Of a stretch of 64,000 nucleotides of DNA, positions 22,001-29,901 are shown one piece after another. Source of the stretch: a virus (Duplodnaviria; Caudoviricetes); the IMG/VR virus record IMGVR_UViG_3300032304_001448, positions 4,207-68,206 of that record, one strand, 5' to 3'. Position numbers and translations under genes: made by a program. Position 1 is the first letter of the stretch. Each line of letters starts with the position of its first letter. The notes under the pieces were generated by a model, which saw only the letters and a list, made by a program, of their open reading frames with translations, made no database searches and was not told where the DNA came from.

Positions 22001-25000
22001 GACGCCTACCGGCAACTGGGCTTCGAGATCCAGCAGCAGTGGGACTATGCCATCAATACGATGGGAGTCACCTTCGAGCCGTGGACAACCGAGGGGCAAC
22101 CTTACGCCAATTCCCGGGAGATGGTGCGCGATGTCCGGGACAACAAACACTTGTGGTTTTTCACGGGCGGTGAACCGCACCCGCTTCTCAACCAGCCCGA
22201 TGCCGACGGGCTGACGATGAATGACAAGCTGCGTGCGATCCACGATCTCTTCGGTCACGCAGCCGAGGACTACCAGTTCGGAGCCCGCGGCGAGGAGAAC
22301 GCCTGGATCAAGCACAGCCAGATGTTCACCCCGCTGGCCCAGAGGGCACTGACCACCGAGACCCGAGGGCAGAATTCATGGGTCAACTATGGGGCTCACA
22401 ACTACGCGGCTGACGGAACACGGATCAAGGTTCCTGCTTCCGAGCGTCCTTTTGCCACGCAGAAGGTGGCCCTTCTCCCCGAGGAGTTCATGGATTGGCG
22501 GGGTGCCTTGGCTGCGGACACTGTGACGGAGAGTCGGGCGGTGGCGATGGAGTTTGTCTCCCCTAATGAACGGGAGAATCTGACATTTGCACAGGCCCGG
22601 GCGGCGTTGACTGGAACGCAGCAAGAGCAACTCAGGGCGTTTGCCAGTAGGATTCATACGGTTTTCGGGCTAGATCAAAGCCGAGTCAGTGACGCTATCG
22701 GAGATTGGGCAGACGGCGCGGAGCCCACGACGGTAACCGAGCACTACGCTCCGGGACTGACGTATGAGGACGTAGAGGTAATGGCCGCGCTCAAGGGGGC
22801 ACTGAGAAACCAGAAGCAAGTAATTCCATTCCTGAGAGACTCAGAAGGCACTTCTAGACTTTATGATGTCTTTATCCCAAATCAGACGGCAGACCAATCC
22901 CGTGGTATTTTAGAGACAGCCGGGATCCAATTCCGGACTTTGATTGAACAAAACGGAGGGACTCGTGTCTTAATTTTTGATAAGAACGGCTCGCTCTTTT
23001 TGCCCGTCAGAGAGTTAGTCTCAAGTAATAACTATGAAACAAAATATTACAAAGGAACCGGCAACTTCCTCGGCAACGAAGATTCCCGTGAAGCCGGGCG
23101 AGCCGCTTACGCTCGAACAGTGGGATCGGCTATTGCAAGAAGCCGGTTGGCGGGACGCGACACTGGACGGCCCGACAGCGTTCGAGCTACCCGGCTATCC
23201 GAACTCGCAGCCGAAGCAGGACTGATTCTACCAAATGAAGACCTCAACGAAAGCCGCGCCGTCGGTGAAAGCCCGAATCTCATCTACCAAGATGCCGAAG
23301 GAAACCTTCGAGGACGACCGCGAACGGGAAGCCCTGAAGGGAACATCGGAAGGGCTTTACTACGCCTCCAAGAATCCTCCAACGAGGGCCGAGATTTTGG
23401 AGCAGGCGAGACGTTCCGGTTTCGTGCCGACACTGGCGGGCAAGCCGATCAGGCGCTAGAGCAACAGAGAAGGCAGCAAGCGGGCGCAGGGTTTCGCCGC
23501 TTCGTCGAGAACTTGGAGGCTGACGGCCTCGTCCTCGATCCGGAATCTTTCGAGAACACGGTCATCGAAGGGCGAGACCGTATTGGTGACGGGTCCGAGC
23601 ATCAGGTCCACATGGACCGCCCGACCAACCGCGTCATTAAATACACGAACCCGGATGTAACCGGCAGCGGCATCGTCGGGCAGTCGATCAATGTTTTTGA
23701 CTACCTCACGAATCTCAATGCCCACAAAAAACTTTTCAACATCGACATTCGCCTTGAGGGACTTGTCGATCTTGGGGAGCCCTTCCCACGAATCGTCACC
23801 TCGCAACCCTACATTAAGGGAAGAGATTCAACGATCCCCGAAATCAACAGTTACTTCCGCGATGAGTTAAAGTTCACGAAGCAGGACGATGGATCCTGGG
23901 TGCGCGTTCGTAATGGTGAGGTTCAACGTGTTTGGGATGTCGTTCCAGGAAACGTAAAGACCGTCAAGATCGGGAAAAAGAAAGTCGTGGTCCCATTCGA
24001 CGTTCAAATTTCCATACAGTCGAACGCAGCTAGTGGCGCGGTGGACCAACCGAACGAATCCCGAGCCCGCGGGCGAGTCTGGCGTCCGGTAACCAGTCGC
24101 ACTCCGACGGGCGGCACAATCAGCCGCGGCGGCATGTTCGCCGTCGATGAGCTTCTCGATAAGAGAGCCGGTGATCTCTACCGCTCAAGCCGGATGGCGA
24201 TCAAAGTCGATGTGTCGAAGATCCAAGACCTCTCCCGGGTGTTGGAGCGTCAGATTAAAAATTTCTACAAAGGTGAGACACCGCCCCTGGAGACGATCAA
24301 CACGGCGCTCGGTAACTTGGACAACCCGCTCACCGAGCAGCAGATCGGCGAGATTGAAGATTTGCGGGCTCGCGGGCTAACCAATCAAGCCGCCAAGAAG
24401 CGTGACCAATACATCCGCGACAACCGCCGCAACTTTAAGCAGAACAAACAGACGCAAGCCTTGGCCCAGTTGCCGGAAGAACTGGCCGAGACGATCCGCG
24501 AGATGTCTTCGCATATCGAGTCGCTTTCGCGTGAGTTGCCTAACGAAGGTTTGGTTAGTGGCGACTTGGCGATCACAGTTGATGAGGCGCTCGGCACCTA
24601 CCTTAACCGTAGCTATGCGATCTTCGATGATCCGCAGTGGACTGACCGTGTGCGAAAAGATGCCAAGGTCATGGACGCGGCCCGTAAGTATATCCGCAAC
24701 AGCTTGGCTAAAGCGAAAGCCCAAGACCTGATCGCTGATGCTGCCGACGAAGGCCGCACACTTTCCCGTATCGACGCCGAAGCACTCGCCAACGATTCAG
24801 TGATCGACGACGAGGTCGAGAACCTCCTCGAAGGCTATCTCGCGATCGGCGCAGAGGCCCCGACGATCGAAGTGCTCTCCGGCCGCATCCCCGGGCAGAA
24901 GAATCTCAGCATGTTCAACCAGCGCGGCAACATCGCGCCGGAGATCCAAGCCCTCTGGGGACGTTACGAAGACCCGAGCGTCAACTATGCCAAGACGGTG

Positions 25001-26980
25001 ATGAAGCTCTCCAGCGTCATCGCCAACGATAACTTCCTCAAGGAACTGCGGGACCTCGGTATCCAAGAGGGCTGGCTTTGGAGTCGTGAGAACAACCCCG
25101 ACGATACCCGTCACCCGCCCGGCTACGTCCGTATTTCAACCGAGAGAAATCCTTCACTGAGACCGCTCGGTGGGATGTATGTGCATCCGGATCTGGCCGA
25201 GGGGCTCTTCAAGATGTTCCCGGTCGGCTCGACCGAGGAGCACTACGCTTGGCTGCGTGCTTTGATGAAGCTGACCGGCATCTCGATGGCGACCAAAACG
25301 GTCGGATCGGTGGCGTCCCAGGTCCGGAACTTCTTCGGTAACTACATGCCGCTAATCGCAGGCGGGAACTTGGGGTTGGACGACATTACCAGCGGCGACT
25401 TTAAGCGCCGGTTCGCCAACTCTACCGACACTGTGCTGGCCAGCACCTTCGGGAAATATCGCAACATGAGCCGCGCCGAGTGGCGGGTGAAAATCGACGA
25501 CTATATCCGCCGCGGTATTGTCGGCGAGTCGATCACGACGGGACTCCTCGAAGATCTCCTCACCGCGAGCCGCCGCGCCGGGAGCCCTGACTTCGGGGAC
25601 TTCGTTTGGAATAAGGTCGGGGATCCTTTCAAGCGGGTGGCCGACTTCGCGGTCAAGACCTACTCGGCCGGTGACGACTGGTTCAAGGTGATGATCTACG
25701 AGGCCGAGCAGGACAAATACCGGAGAGCCTTTCCTGACTGGGACGACAACAAGATCAAAGAAAAGGCCGCAGTCATCGCCCGGGACATCCACTGGACCTA
25801 CTCACTGGCCCCGGCCATCGTGCAGGACCTCAAGAAGTTCCCCTTCGTTGCCCCGTTCGTGACTTTCACGAGCGAAGTCATCCGCACCACTTACAATCTG
25901 CAAAAGCTGGCCCGCCAGGAGATCACAGAAGGCCGAGCCACGGGCAACAAAGAACTCGAAGCGATCGGCTGGAAGCGCGTGCGCGGTATGACCATTGCCG
26001 CCTTCCTCCCGTTTGCCGTCGGCTCCGCCGCTATGGCGATGGCGGGCATTTCCGGAGAAGACGAAGAAGACCTCCGTCGCTTCCTGCCCGACTGGCAGAA
26101 GAACAGTCAGCTTGTCCTCTTCCGCAAAGCAAACGGCGAGATCGACTTTCTCGATGTCAGCTTCTTGGACCCCTACGAGTATTTCAAAAAGCCTTTGACC
26201 GCATTCATGCGTTCAATGCGCAGCCCCGGTAGTGCTGACGAGATCCTCCTCAAGGGCACGATGGACATGGTGCGCCAAGCCATCGATCCCTTTACCAGCG
26301 AGCAGATCTTCGCCGGAGCAATCATGGACGTGATGCGTAACCGCGATGCAGCCGGACGCCAGGTCTACAACCCGCAGGACAGTGGAGCGAACATCGGTCT
26401 CAATGTAGCCCGCAAGATCTTCTACGATCCTTTCGTCCCCGGCACCGTGAACAGCGCCGAGCGTATCGGTAAAGCCGCCTTCGGTATCGAGAGCGAGACC
26501 GGACGTTCCTACAACCTCATCAACGAGCTTTCCAGTGTCGCACTCGGCCAGCGTGTCTCCTCGGTCGACGCGCAGCAGGCACTCCAGTTCAAATCTTCCC
26601 GCTTCATGCGCGAGATGCGCGATGCCTCGGCCCTCTTCAACCGCGAGTTCACCGCCCAAGGCACCCGCTCGGCCGGCGATGTGATCGACGGCTATGCTCG
26701 GTCCAACGCCGCCCGGCGCAGCCTGATCGACTCAATCCGCAGGGACTACCTCGCCGCGATCCGTCTCGGGGTGCCCGTGCAGCGGGCCAAGGCGATCCTC
26801 CGTGACGGAGGTCTCGGCGGCGACACCATCAAGATGGTGACCACCGGAATCTACAAACCCTACGACGCGAGCAAGCAGAGCATAGACTTGGTTCGGTCCC
26901 GCGGTAAAAACGACCGCGTCTCCGCCTACAACCAAGCCCGCCGCTCGGCCGTGCCCCGCGAAATCCTTGCCGATCGATGA
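16058..26980 (+). CDS. giant internal virion polyvalent protein (zincin HExxH domain, HDxxGH domain, PolyVal-type kinase, LPD-like helical C-terminus)
   Basis: 3640 aa; MLHEIAHV at ~20942; LRAIHDLFGH...GARGEENAW at ~22241; GDGSEHQV...VIKY...IVTSQPYIKG...DVVPGNV...PFD at ~23580-24010. Confidence 0.8.
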   Translation: MTSEQRRQESEAYWFRSPAARNVLEDFGAARDDEEETIITEEGQEPEPVTLTPETSVEDVVRNEPEPPPREFTDVYEFFASQQGKDLTQERYEERGIEGYEVGELFPREQRGLGGEAGAGFARGVDQTQAMGFGLLGLMGEALGVEGLSDLGVDGYIRNMEEAAKNQASVQDPFEEIGGAGDAARYATGIIFEQLPQLALSLVGGGIGGYTARSLASKVVANEIGRRIKAGAAKEVAESEVAQMVAERMLRGAGTKIVESATKSGAFGGAYVANVGQIAGGSFGEIEQETGLRDPVNALGFALLGGALETGAEALLAAPIAGKLMRGTTAPMTGATERALGFNVGPVVGAAGRLAGTSAAEGGTEYGQTFTEQAAVASADPNRTLAEVAFTPEAERERQISAAAGVVAGGGIGAVSQAASYLIPETSRRVQEKLQQRRGEQAPADIPGDPKTGRPLKVLEGNWSEPKVVGGFDFRRNDEGKVAIFNPDPQKFAGLPRFSTPQGDVFSLLDGVEYLNLPTRSEKALAQKALGFFDDDEVGSTQVKRTPVQKPKPRTPATESVLDDGPDMTPAGQAVGSNVRFNGYEGSLAQDGARFLLRANDGTEVEVPAESEVEIVAAPALTRLTATSIPAVQTPPVEQPTPMPDLATMGAEEISKAALARPEVSIVDQAAETAETLDRNAVTLLRDARTTLESSIGEIERRDLAPEAKSTLTEPLYQKLVQVEDTLSKAPAEATALDAEIQKSKQTIADTKVEQVKVAQQTVNRPPDQSRQFVESLQPKDKVTVYLSDEKADDSLSFGATFEARRPNGNVVVVTEPDAEGNQEKLVFTPQQYNRLGMFKQPTPKQSPVDVAVNSVLGPKPTKAKAERVFGTPYQEGQPQEAFFDDGLYANPGKTNKVPGEVRYFDKEGEPGVKEVVNFGKWQGNSRGTLFTTVRQMNLGLDVPVPDDQLQNLPEGVQVEQRTMKNGQTANVVTKVVYNGNTYRRGDAAYDFSVNGENTGPGGFDNIYFNSPERLLRSERARKGKQTQKEKAGKTVGSVQAKLESLDEADQFFVGDARARAARFIDRRSDLDPEAKAMASDEADASIIEQVAGRDKKGVPPVRDLALFKNFNSRMLDIFESNQENETGADTGRDVQEAARQITEELVASGQTAAQASAAVEPIVKRWQSYGDFSPIKTAMTKAQSAKKSAVRTGRNQRAAEADLAAGTTGDARAQQTPAERFAERTSDAAMDGRERLGRVVGEDRDLLDAYWAEEELSESDQQRVEDLLEYIQGNKTYEQINQATEQGSAILSREPRDGDNLRRDAVAEGRAGGLAESRGRGRNQAGAGRGRNRVGRTDGGQAGTVPGAAPVAGGRPGLGGTPDQRNASTARRAFVGSFIGDRGLVAGLSEAVVEKIYQAVSTTLDALAATKGRRVVAATEANMADLMGRSVEELVAGYQEEFSSYMANRERIDAIRRNAQEAVRSRIFEGPKAALEFMAQDGDRPAFMRMVAKVVLSQGQRFGLNIDDIAMQVGIFRRNFATQPLRGEEVRARVQEVQGEEGEGVFEVTTPGGVETYAFGGESGRTRKQAGKEARARAFDLVTGQTRTSWAGVLGVDENATSPVGRYSVVLNLDNWHEADDIGLTMLHEIAHVFSKTKFAGLEKLNTVEKAAIKGIEAFRVRMLKAVARTNGLEVPAGNNPTNLAKLSRQVDDLSNPNVVGADADRRFAYLVNAEETARGLMESPEFLKLALQLGLGKAKTRGKKTSLSGPVAEAWGDIVDLNSGKKTAATSPLANAFQDAWDATFGALEGTTEGYAKPPIGANPLAQDLAALDQATNFIEDQIIARGLTGTTAEREALLQEFMAARNMERGAEAVVEEADADVDTLADPVTMSRAISNESREALSNQGATNDRRNQPALQATTPGMGSASGGNQVQRQAVRPNAEPNPFVQEGVSAYNARYGLGEVVRGHYAPVDEQRARSIAAAYDALPVLDEGRETQDAYRQLGFEIQQQWDYAINTMGVTFEPWTTEGQPYANSREMVRDVRDNKHLWFFTGGEPHPLLNQPDADGLTMNDKLRAIHDLFGHAAEDYQFGARGEENAWIKHSQMFTPLAQRALTTETRGQNSWVNYGAHNYAADGTRIKVPASERPFATQKVALLPEEFMDWRGALAADTVTESRAVAMEFVSPNERENLTFAQARAALTGTQQEQLRAFASRIHTVFGLDQSRVSDAIGDWADGAEPTTVTEHYAPGLTYEDVEVMAALKGALRNQKQVIPFLRDSEGTSRLYDVFIPNQTADQSRGILETAGIQFRTLIEQNGGTRVLIFDKNGSLFLPVRELVSSNNYETKYYKGTGNFLGNEDSREAGRAAYARTVGSAIARSRLAGRDTGRPDSVRATRLSELAAEAGLILPNEDLNESRAVGESPNLIYQDAEGNLRGRPRTGSPEGNIGRALLRLQESSNEGRDFGAGETFRFRADTGGQADQALEQQRRQQAGAGFRRFVENLEADGLVLDPESFENTVIEGRDRIGDGSEHQVHMDRPTNRVIKYTNPDVTGSGIVGQSINVFDYLTNLNAHKKLFNIDIRLEGLVDLGEPFPRIVTSQPYIKGRDSTIPEINSYFRDELKFTKQDDGSWVRVRNGEVQRVWDVVPGNVKTVKIGKKKVVVPFDVQISIQSNAASGAVDQPNESRARGRVWRPVTSRTPTGGTISRGGMFAVDELLDKRAGDLYRSSRMAIKVDVSKIQDLSRVLERQIKNFYKGETPPLETINTALGNLDNPLTEQQIGEIEDLRARGLTNQAAKKRDQYIRDNRRNFKQNKQTQALAQLPEELAETIREMSSHIESLSRELPNEGLVSGDLAITVDEALGTYLNRSYAIFDDPQWTDRVRKDAKVMDAARKYIRNSLAKAKAQDLIADAADEGRTLSRIDAEALANDSVIDDEVENLLEGYLAIGAEAPTIEVLSGRIPGQKNLSMFNQRGNIAPEIQALWGRYEDPSVNYAKTVMKLSSVIANDNFLKELRDLGIQEGWLWSRENNPDDTRHPPGYVRISTERNPSLRPLGGMYVHPDLAEGLFKMFPVGSTEEHYAWLRALMKLTGISMATKTVGSVASQVRNFFGNYMPLIAGGNLGLDDITSGDFKRRFANSTDTVLASTFGKYRNMSRAEWRVKIDDYIRRGIVGESITTGLLEDLLTASRRAGSPDFGDFVWNKVGDPFKRVADFAVKTYSAGDDWFKVMIYEAEQDKYRRAFPDWDDNKIKEKAAVIARDIHWTYSLAPAIVQDLKKFPFVAPFVTFTSEVIRTTYNLQKLARQEITEGRATGNKELEAIGWKRVRGMTIAAFLPFAVGSAAMAMAGISGEDEEDLRRFLPDWQKNSQLVLFRKANGEIDFLDVSFLDPYEYFKKPLTAFMRSMRSPGSADEILLKGTMDMVRQAIDPFTSEQIFAGAIMDVMRNRDAAGRQVYNPQDSGANIGLNVARKIFYDPFVPGTVNSAERIGKAAFGIESETGRSYNLINELSSVALGQRVSSVDAQQALQFKSSRFMREMRDASALFNREFTAQGTRSAGDVIDGYARSNAARRSLIDSIRRDYLAAIRLGVPVQRAKAILRDGGLGGDTIKMVTTGIYKPYDASKQSIDLVRSRGKNDRVSAYNQARRSAVPREILADR
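19890..20213 (+). CDS. nested +1-frame ORF inside giant gene (107 aa)
   Basis: Globular-looking sequence (QQYFLENPEMATIFAGMRLQ...WAELMVAKPELF) where host frame turns R/G-rich; TGcTAGAGT extended -10-like at 19860. Confidence 0.55.
   Translation: MSKSTKQPNKVQQYFLENPEMATIFAGMRLQKDVPEDLRKAVGEDAIKRALDGDVTVWAELMVAKPELFRERPLSLVEDLAWEELLTNGTPAPRGEPSSAPSSATAV
21735..21902 (+). CDS. nested +1-frame ORF inside giant gene (55 aa, MTEETNLPYKRPPQGWDPQVEATKFKGKQFG...)
   Basis: Preceded by AAGGAG (21723-21728); host frame low-complexity here. Confidence 0.5.
   Translation: MTEETNLPYKRPPQGWDPQVEATKFKGKQFGPTPSQTPSSKKESVPTMPVTGSAK
23034..23225 (+). CDS. nested +1-frame ORF inside giant gene (63 aa)
   Basis: Immediately preceded by the phage GTAATAAC motif (23025); LTLEQWDRLLQEAGW helix. 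Confidence 0.45.
   Translation: MKQNITKEPATSSATKIPVKPGEPLTLEQWDRLLQEAGWRDATLDGPTAFELPGYPNSQPKQD
23235..23459 (+). CDS. nested +1-frame ORF upstream of kinase domain (74 aa; alternative start 23292)
   Basis: PPTRAEILEQARRSGF helix; host frame R/G/Q-rich over same span. Confidence 0.45.
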   Translation: MKTSTKAAPSVKARISSTKMPKETFEDDREREALKGTSEGLYYASKNPPTRAEILEQARRSGFVPTLAGKPIRR

Positions 26981-27597
26981 TAGTAACCGATACCAGAGTG
27001 ACCCCGCCCGGCGGTTGGCGTTATGTTCAACCGGAGACGGGCTTCGAGTTTGCCGCTTCGACCTTGCGCGAACTGGTCAAGAAGGTAGCGACCCATCGTA
27101 AGTCCAATAGTCTTGCGGCGGGTGATCCTTCGGCCGACATCCAAGACTTTGTCTGTGCCCAGCTTCCGGTCGGCAGCGAGAGTTGCAGTCACGTCATCGA
27201 GGGTGACTACGCACTCAAGACCCACTTCACGATGGAGGACGTTAAGCGTTTCATCCAAGCCGCGGTCTCCGCACTTAGGGGCAGGGGACTCGTTGATCAA
27301 CCCGAAGCCGAACGCCGGGCCGCGCTCTGTGCCTCATGTCCCCTGAACACAACGGTCAAGGGGTGCTGGCGGTGCAAGGGGTTGGCCGAATGGCTCTTCA
27401 ACCTGATCGGTGCACGGACCACGGCTTATGCTTCACGGCTCAACCAATGCGGGGTCTGCGGGTGCGCGATCAAAGCAAAGATCTGGTTGCCGCAGGATGT
27501 CGCTCAAGAGGTCAGCCAAGGCTACACCTTCCCATCCTGGTGCTGGCTCAATGAGAAACCACTCCCGACGGGAATCGAACCCGTATCGCAGCCTTGA
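26977..27597 (+). CDS. Cys-rich putative zinc-binding protein
   Basis: CASCPLN, CWRC, CGVCGC, P.WCW motifs; ATGA overlap with giant gene stop. Confidence 0.7.
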   Translation: MIVTDTRVTPPGGWRYVQPETGFEFAASTLRELVKKVATHRKSNSLAAGDPSADIQDFVCAQLPVGSESCSHVIEGDYALKTHFTMEDVKRFIQAAVSALRGRGLVDQPEAERRAALCASCPLNTTVKGCWRCKGLAEWLFNLIGARTTAYASRLNQCGVCGCAIKAKIWLPQDVAQEVSQGYTFPSWCWLNEKPLPTGIEPVSQP

Positions 27598-27631
27598 GAG
27601 GGCTGTGTCCTAACCGTTAGACGACGAGAGC
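27560..27631 (-). tRNA. tRNA-Glu (CTC), no encoded CCA
   Basis: GCTCTCG/CGGGAGT acceptor, CAGCC-CT-CTC-AA-GGCTG anticodon arm, GGGTTCGATTCCC T arm. Confidence 0.9.
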
Positions 27632-27648
27632 AGACTACCCCGATGAAA

Positions 27649-27957
27649 TCACCGGAATCGGTCTGGCACAATAAGTTTCGACTCCTCTTGCAGGGGCTCC
27701 TCCGGAAGCTCTTCCCCCTTCATCTTCGCGACCTCCCGCTGGAGAGCGCGATTAACCTGGTTGGACAGGCTGATCGAGGAATTGATCGCATTAAGAAGAA
27801 GCGTCTGCTGGAAAAAGACCTGCTGTAGGAGGGCATCGCCCTCGGACATGCCTTCGTTTTTAGTCTCTTCGATCTTCTTACCGAGGTAAGTCGCCACGGC
27901 TTTCAGGCTGTGGCTGTGGATGGGGGCGTCGATTGGTTGTGTGTTTTCTTCAGTCAT
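27649..27957 (-). CDS. hypothetical coiled-coil protein
   Basis: Start MTEENTQ overlapping upstream stop. Confidence 0.65.
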   Translation of the reverse strand: MTEENTQPIDAPIHSHSLKAVATYLGKKIEETKNEGMSEGDALLQQVFFQQTLLLNAINSSISLSNQVNRALQREVAKMKGEELPEEPLQEESKLIVPDRFR

Positions 27958-29144
27958 AGTTTTTCCAAGACAACGCCCCACGAGTAGTCGGCGAAGTCTT
28001 CTTCAGCCACGACACGGGCGCGGATGTTGCCGGTCTTGAGCACTTTCTTTTTGAAAGTCTTGAGTGAGTAGTCGGCCTCTTTGTGGTTGTCGTTGATCGA
28101 CTGACCCGTGGCCGCGCAGTGGGCCAAGAACCGCTGTTGGTCGGGGGCGAGAATGAGGAGCTTGCCGCCCGGCTTGAGCACGCGCATCCACTCCTGCACC
28201 ATCGGGATCTGATCGCCGTAGGTGAAGTCCTCAATCAAGTGTGAGTTGTAGAGCCAGTCGAGAGTGTCGGCTTTAAGCGGAATCTTGCGGGCATCGCCGC
28301 CAAGATGTTGCACCGAAGTCCCGACCGAGGTGTAGGGCTGGGGCATGTCGAGGGTAATACAAGTTGTCGTCAGGGCATCGCCGCCGAAGCCGACATCCAT
28401 CCCGTAGCCCTGGGTGTAATGCAGAAACCAGTCGCGGTGTTTGCTCGTTTCACTCATGTCCGGCGGGGTCGCGCCCTCGCAGGGCAGGGGAGCAGGCTGT
28501 GAATCCGGCCCGACCCACTTCGACACCGTGCCATAGGCATCCTTGTGGAAGATAGCCGCGCCACGGCACATCTTCTCGAAGTGCGCCCGTGATCCAAAGG
28601 CGTGGTAGCCGATCAGGTCGGCCCCTTGGTAGATGCCGTAACTGTGCCGGATGAGTGGAGTCTTCGAGACATACTCCGGTCCGAGGGTTCCGATCCATTC
28701 GTCGAAGGCAGCGCCTTCACGGACCCAAGTGCGGAACTCGTTGTAGGTCTTGGGCAGCGGCAGCTTCTTTGCATCGTAGATCCCGATGCCGCCGACCGTA
28801 TCGTGTGGCGGGTGACAGGATGCAGTGACCAATGCCGCAGGGTTCCCCCGCTGTGCGTAGTCCGCGGCCAAGACCTCATACCAGTTCGGGGCACAGGGCC
28901 AGGCGTCGGTCTCCAAGTAGAGCACGGGTTCACGCAACACGGTGCACGCTTCATGCCACATGTGGGTGCAGACCTCGGGATATCCGTAGGGCGATACAAA
29001 GACGCGGTCGATCTTGTGGTCGACCTTCACGCCGGGCTCGGCCCAGACGACCATCTCGGGGAACTGACCAAGGCCGCGAGCATGACGCAGCCACTTCGCG
29101 AAAAATCCTTCATCGCGTTTACAGACATGGACAAATGGAATCAT
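27954..29144 (-). CDS. glycosyltransferase-like domain fused to class I SAM methyltransferase
   Basis: N-term YLETDAWP (ExD); C-term MDVGFGG...GDA..IPL...LDWLYNSHLIED...RVLKPGG. Confidence 0.7.
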   Translation of the reverse strand: MIPFVHVCKRDEGFFAKWLRHARGLGQFPEMVVWAEPGVKVDHKIDRVFVSPYGYPEVCTHMWHEACTVLREPVLYLETDAWPCAPNWYEVLAADYAQRGNPAALVTASCHPPHDTVGGIGIYDAKKLPLPKTYNEFRTWVREGAAFDEWIGTLGPEYVSKTPLIRHSYGIYQGADLIGYHAFGSRAHFEKMCRGAAIFHKDAYGTVSKWVGPDSQPAPLPCEGATPPDMSETSKHRDWFLHYTQGYGMDVGFGGDALTTTCITLDMPQPYTSVGTSVQHLGGDARKIPLKADTLDWLYNSHLIEDFTYGDQIPMVQEWMRVLKPGGKLLILAPDQQRFLAHCAATGQSINDNHKEADYSLKTFKKKVLKTGNIRARVVAEEDFADYSWGVVLEKL

Positions 29145-29401
29145 TCGTTTACCTCCAAAAAGATCGGGGTCTTCTCGCCGACCCAAGCGCCTTCGACGTT
29201 GAATTGGAAATACTCTTCGGCGACTTCGTGATCCATCTCGTCGCGCATCAAAATCTGAATGCACTTCGCCCGGTCATAGACCGCCATCGGCCGGCCGAAC
29301 TGACGGCCAATCCCGACGAAGGCATCCTCAAACCCATCGGCGAGGAGCACGGTTTCGTCGTCGCCGATCAAGTCTTCGATCTTTTTCTTCAGGTCAATCA
29401 T
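29141..29401 (-). CDS. conserved phage hypothetical protein
   Basis: ADGFEDAFVG...AVYD...A.EYF.FNV.GAWVGE.TPIF motif. Confidence 0.75.
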   Translation of the reverse strand: MIDLKKKIEDLIGDDETVLLADGFEDAFVGIGRQFGRPMAVYDRAKCIQILMRDEMDHEVAEEYFQFNVEGAWVGEKTPIFLEVNE

Positions 29402-29637
29402 TGCACCCAATCCTCCGGTATCTCGACATCCCACTCTCGCCCGTCCATCGGATTTCCGTAGATACGAATATCCTCGGAGAAGAAGTGCTTAACTATGCCA
29501 GTATGGTGAAGGCGCACTACCCAGACGGAGTTTACCCCAGTGCCGGCCGAAACAATTCCATAGTCCACAAACAGAAAAGCATCACCCTGGCCGAGCGGAG
29601 TGTGGACTGAAATCGGTGCTTTGAACTCGTGGATCAT
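29398..29637 (-). CDS. hypothetical protein
   Basis: Coupled ORF; TPLGQGDA, NSVWVV motifs. Confidence 0.65.
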   Translation of the reverse strand: MIHEFKAPISVHTPLGQGDAFLFVDYGIVSAGTGVNSVWVVRLHHTGIVKHFFSEDIRIYGNPMDGREWDVEIPEDWVQ

Positions 29638-29901
29638 CTAATCCCAATACTTCTGCGATCCGGTCAGCTTCCCGCCCATCATGCGTTCGAGCACCGCCTC
29701 GGCATCCCACGCATAGACCCCACCCGCGTAGCACGTCTGGACCCCGAAGAGATCGCTAAACCGCTCACGGTCCAATCCTGCCCCGTTGATCGCTTCATCC
29801 AACTCGGTCCACGGAACATGGTCCATCGGTTCACGCTTCACGTTGCAGCCGATCTGGTGCAGCCGGGGATATTCGGTTGCGGTGTTATTACTCACAGTCA
29901 C
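29638..29901 (-). CDS. hypothetical protein (start uncertain)
   Basis: Natural composition from VSNNT to YWD; GTG overlaps upstream stop. Confidence 0.55.
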   Translation of the reverse strand: MTVSNNTATEYPRLHQIGCNVKREPMDHVPWTELDEAINGAGLDRERFSDLFGVQTCYAGGVYAWDAEAVLERMMGGKLTGSQKYWD

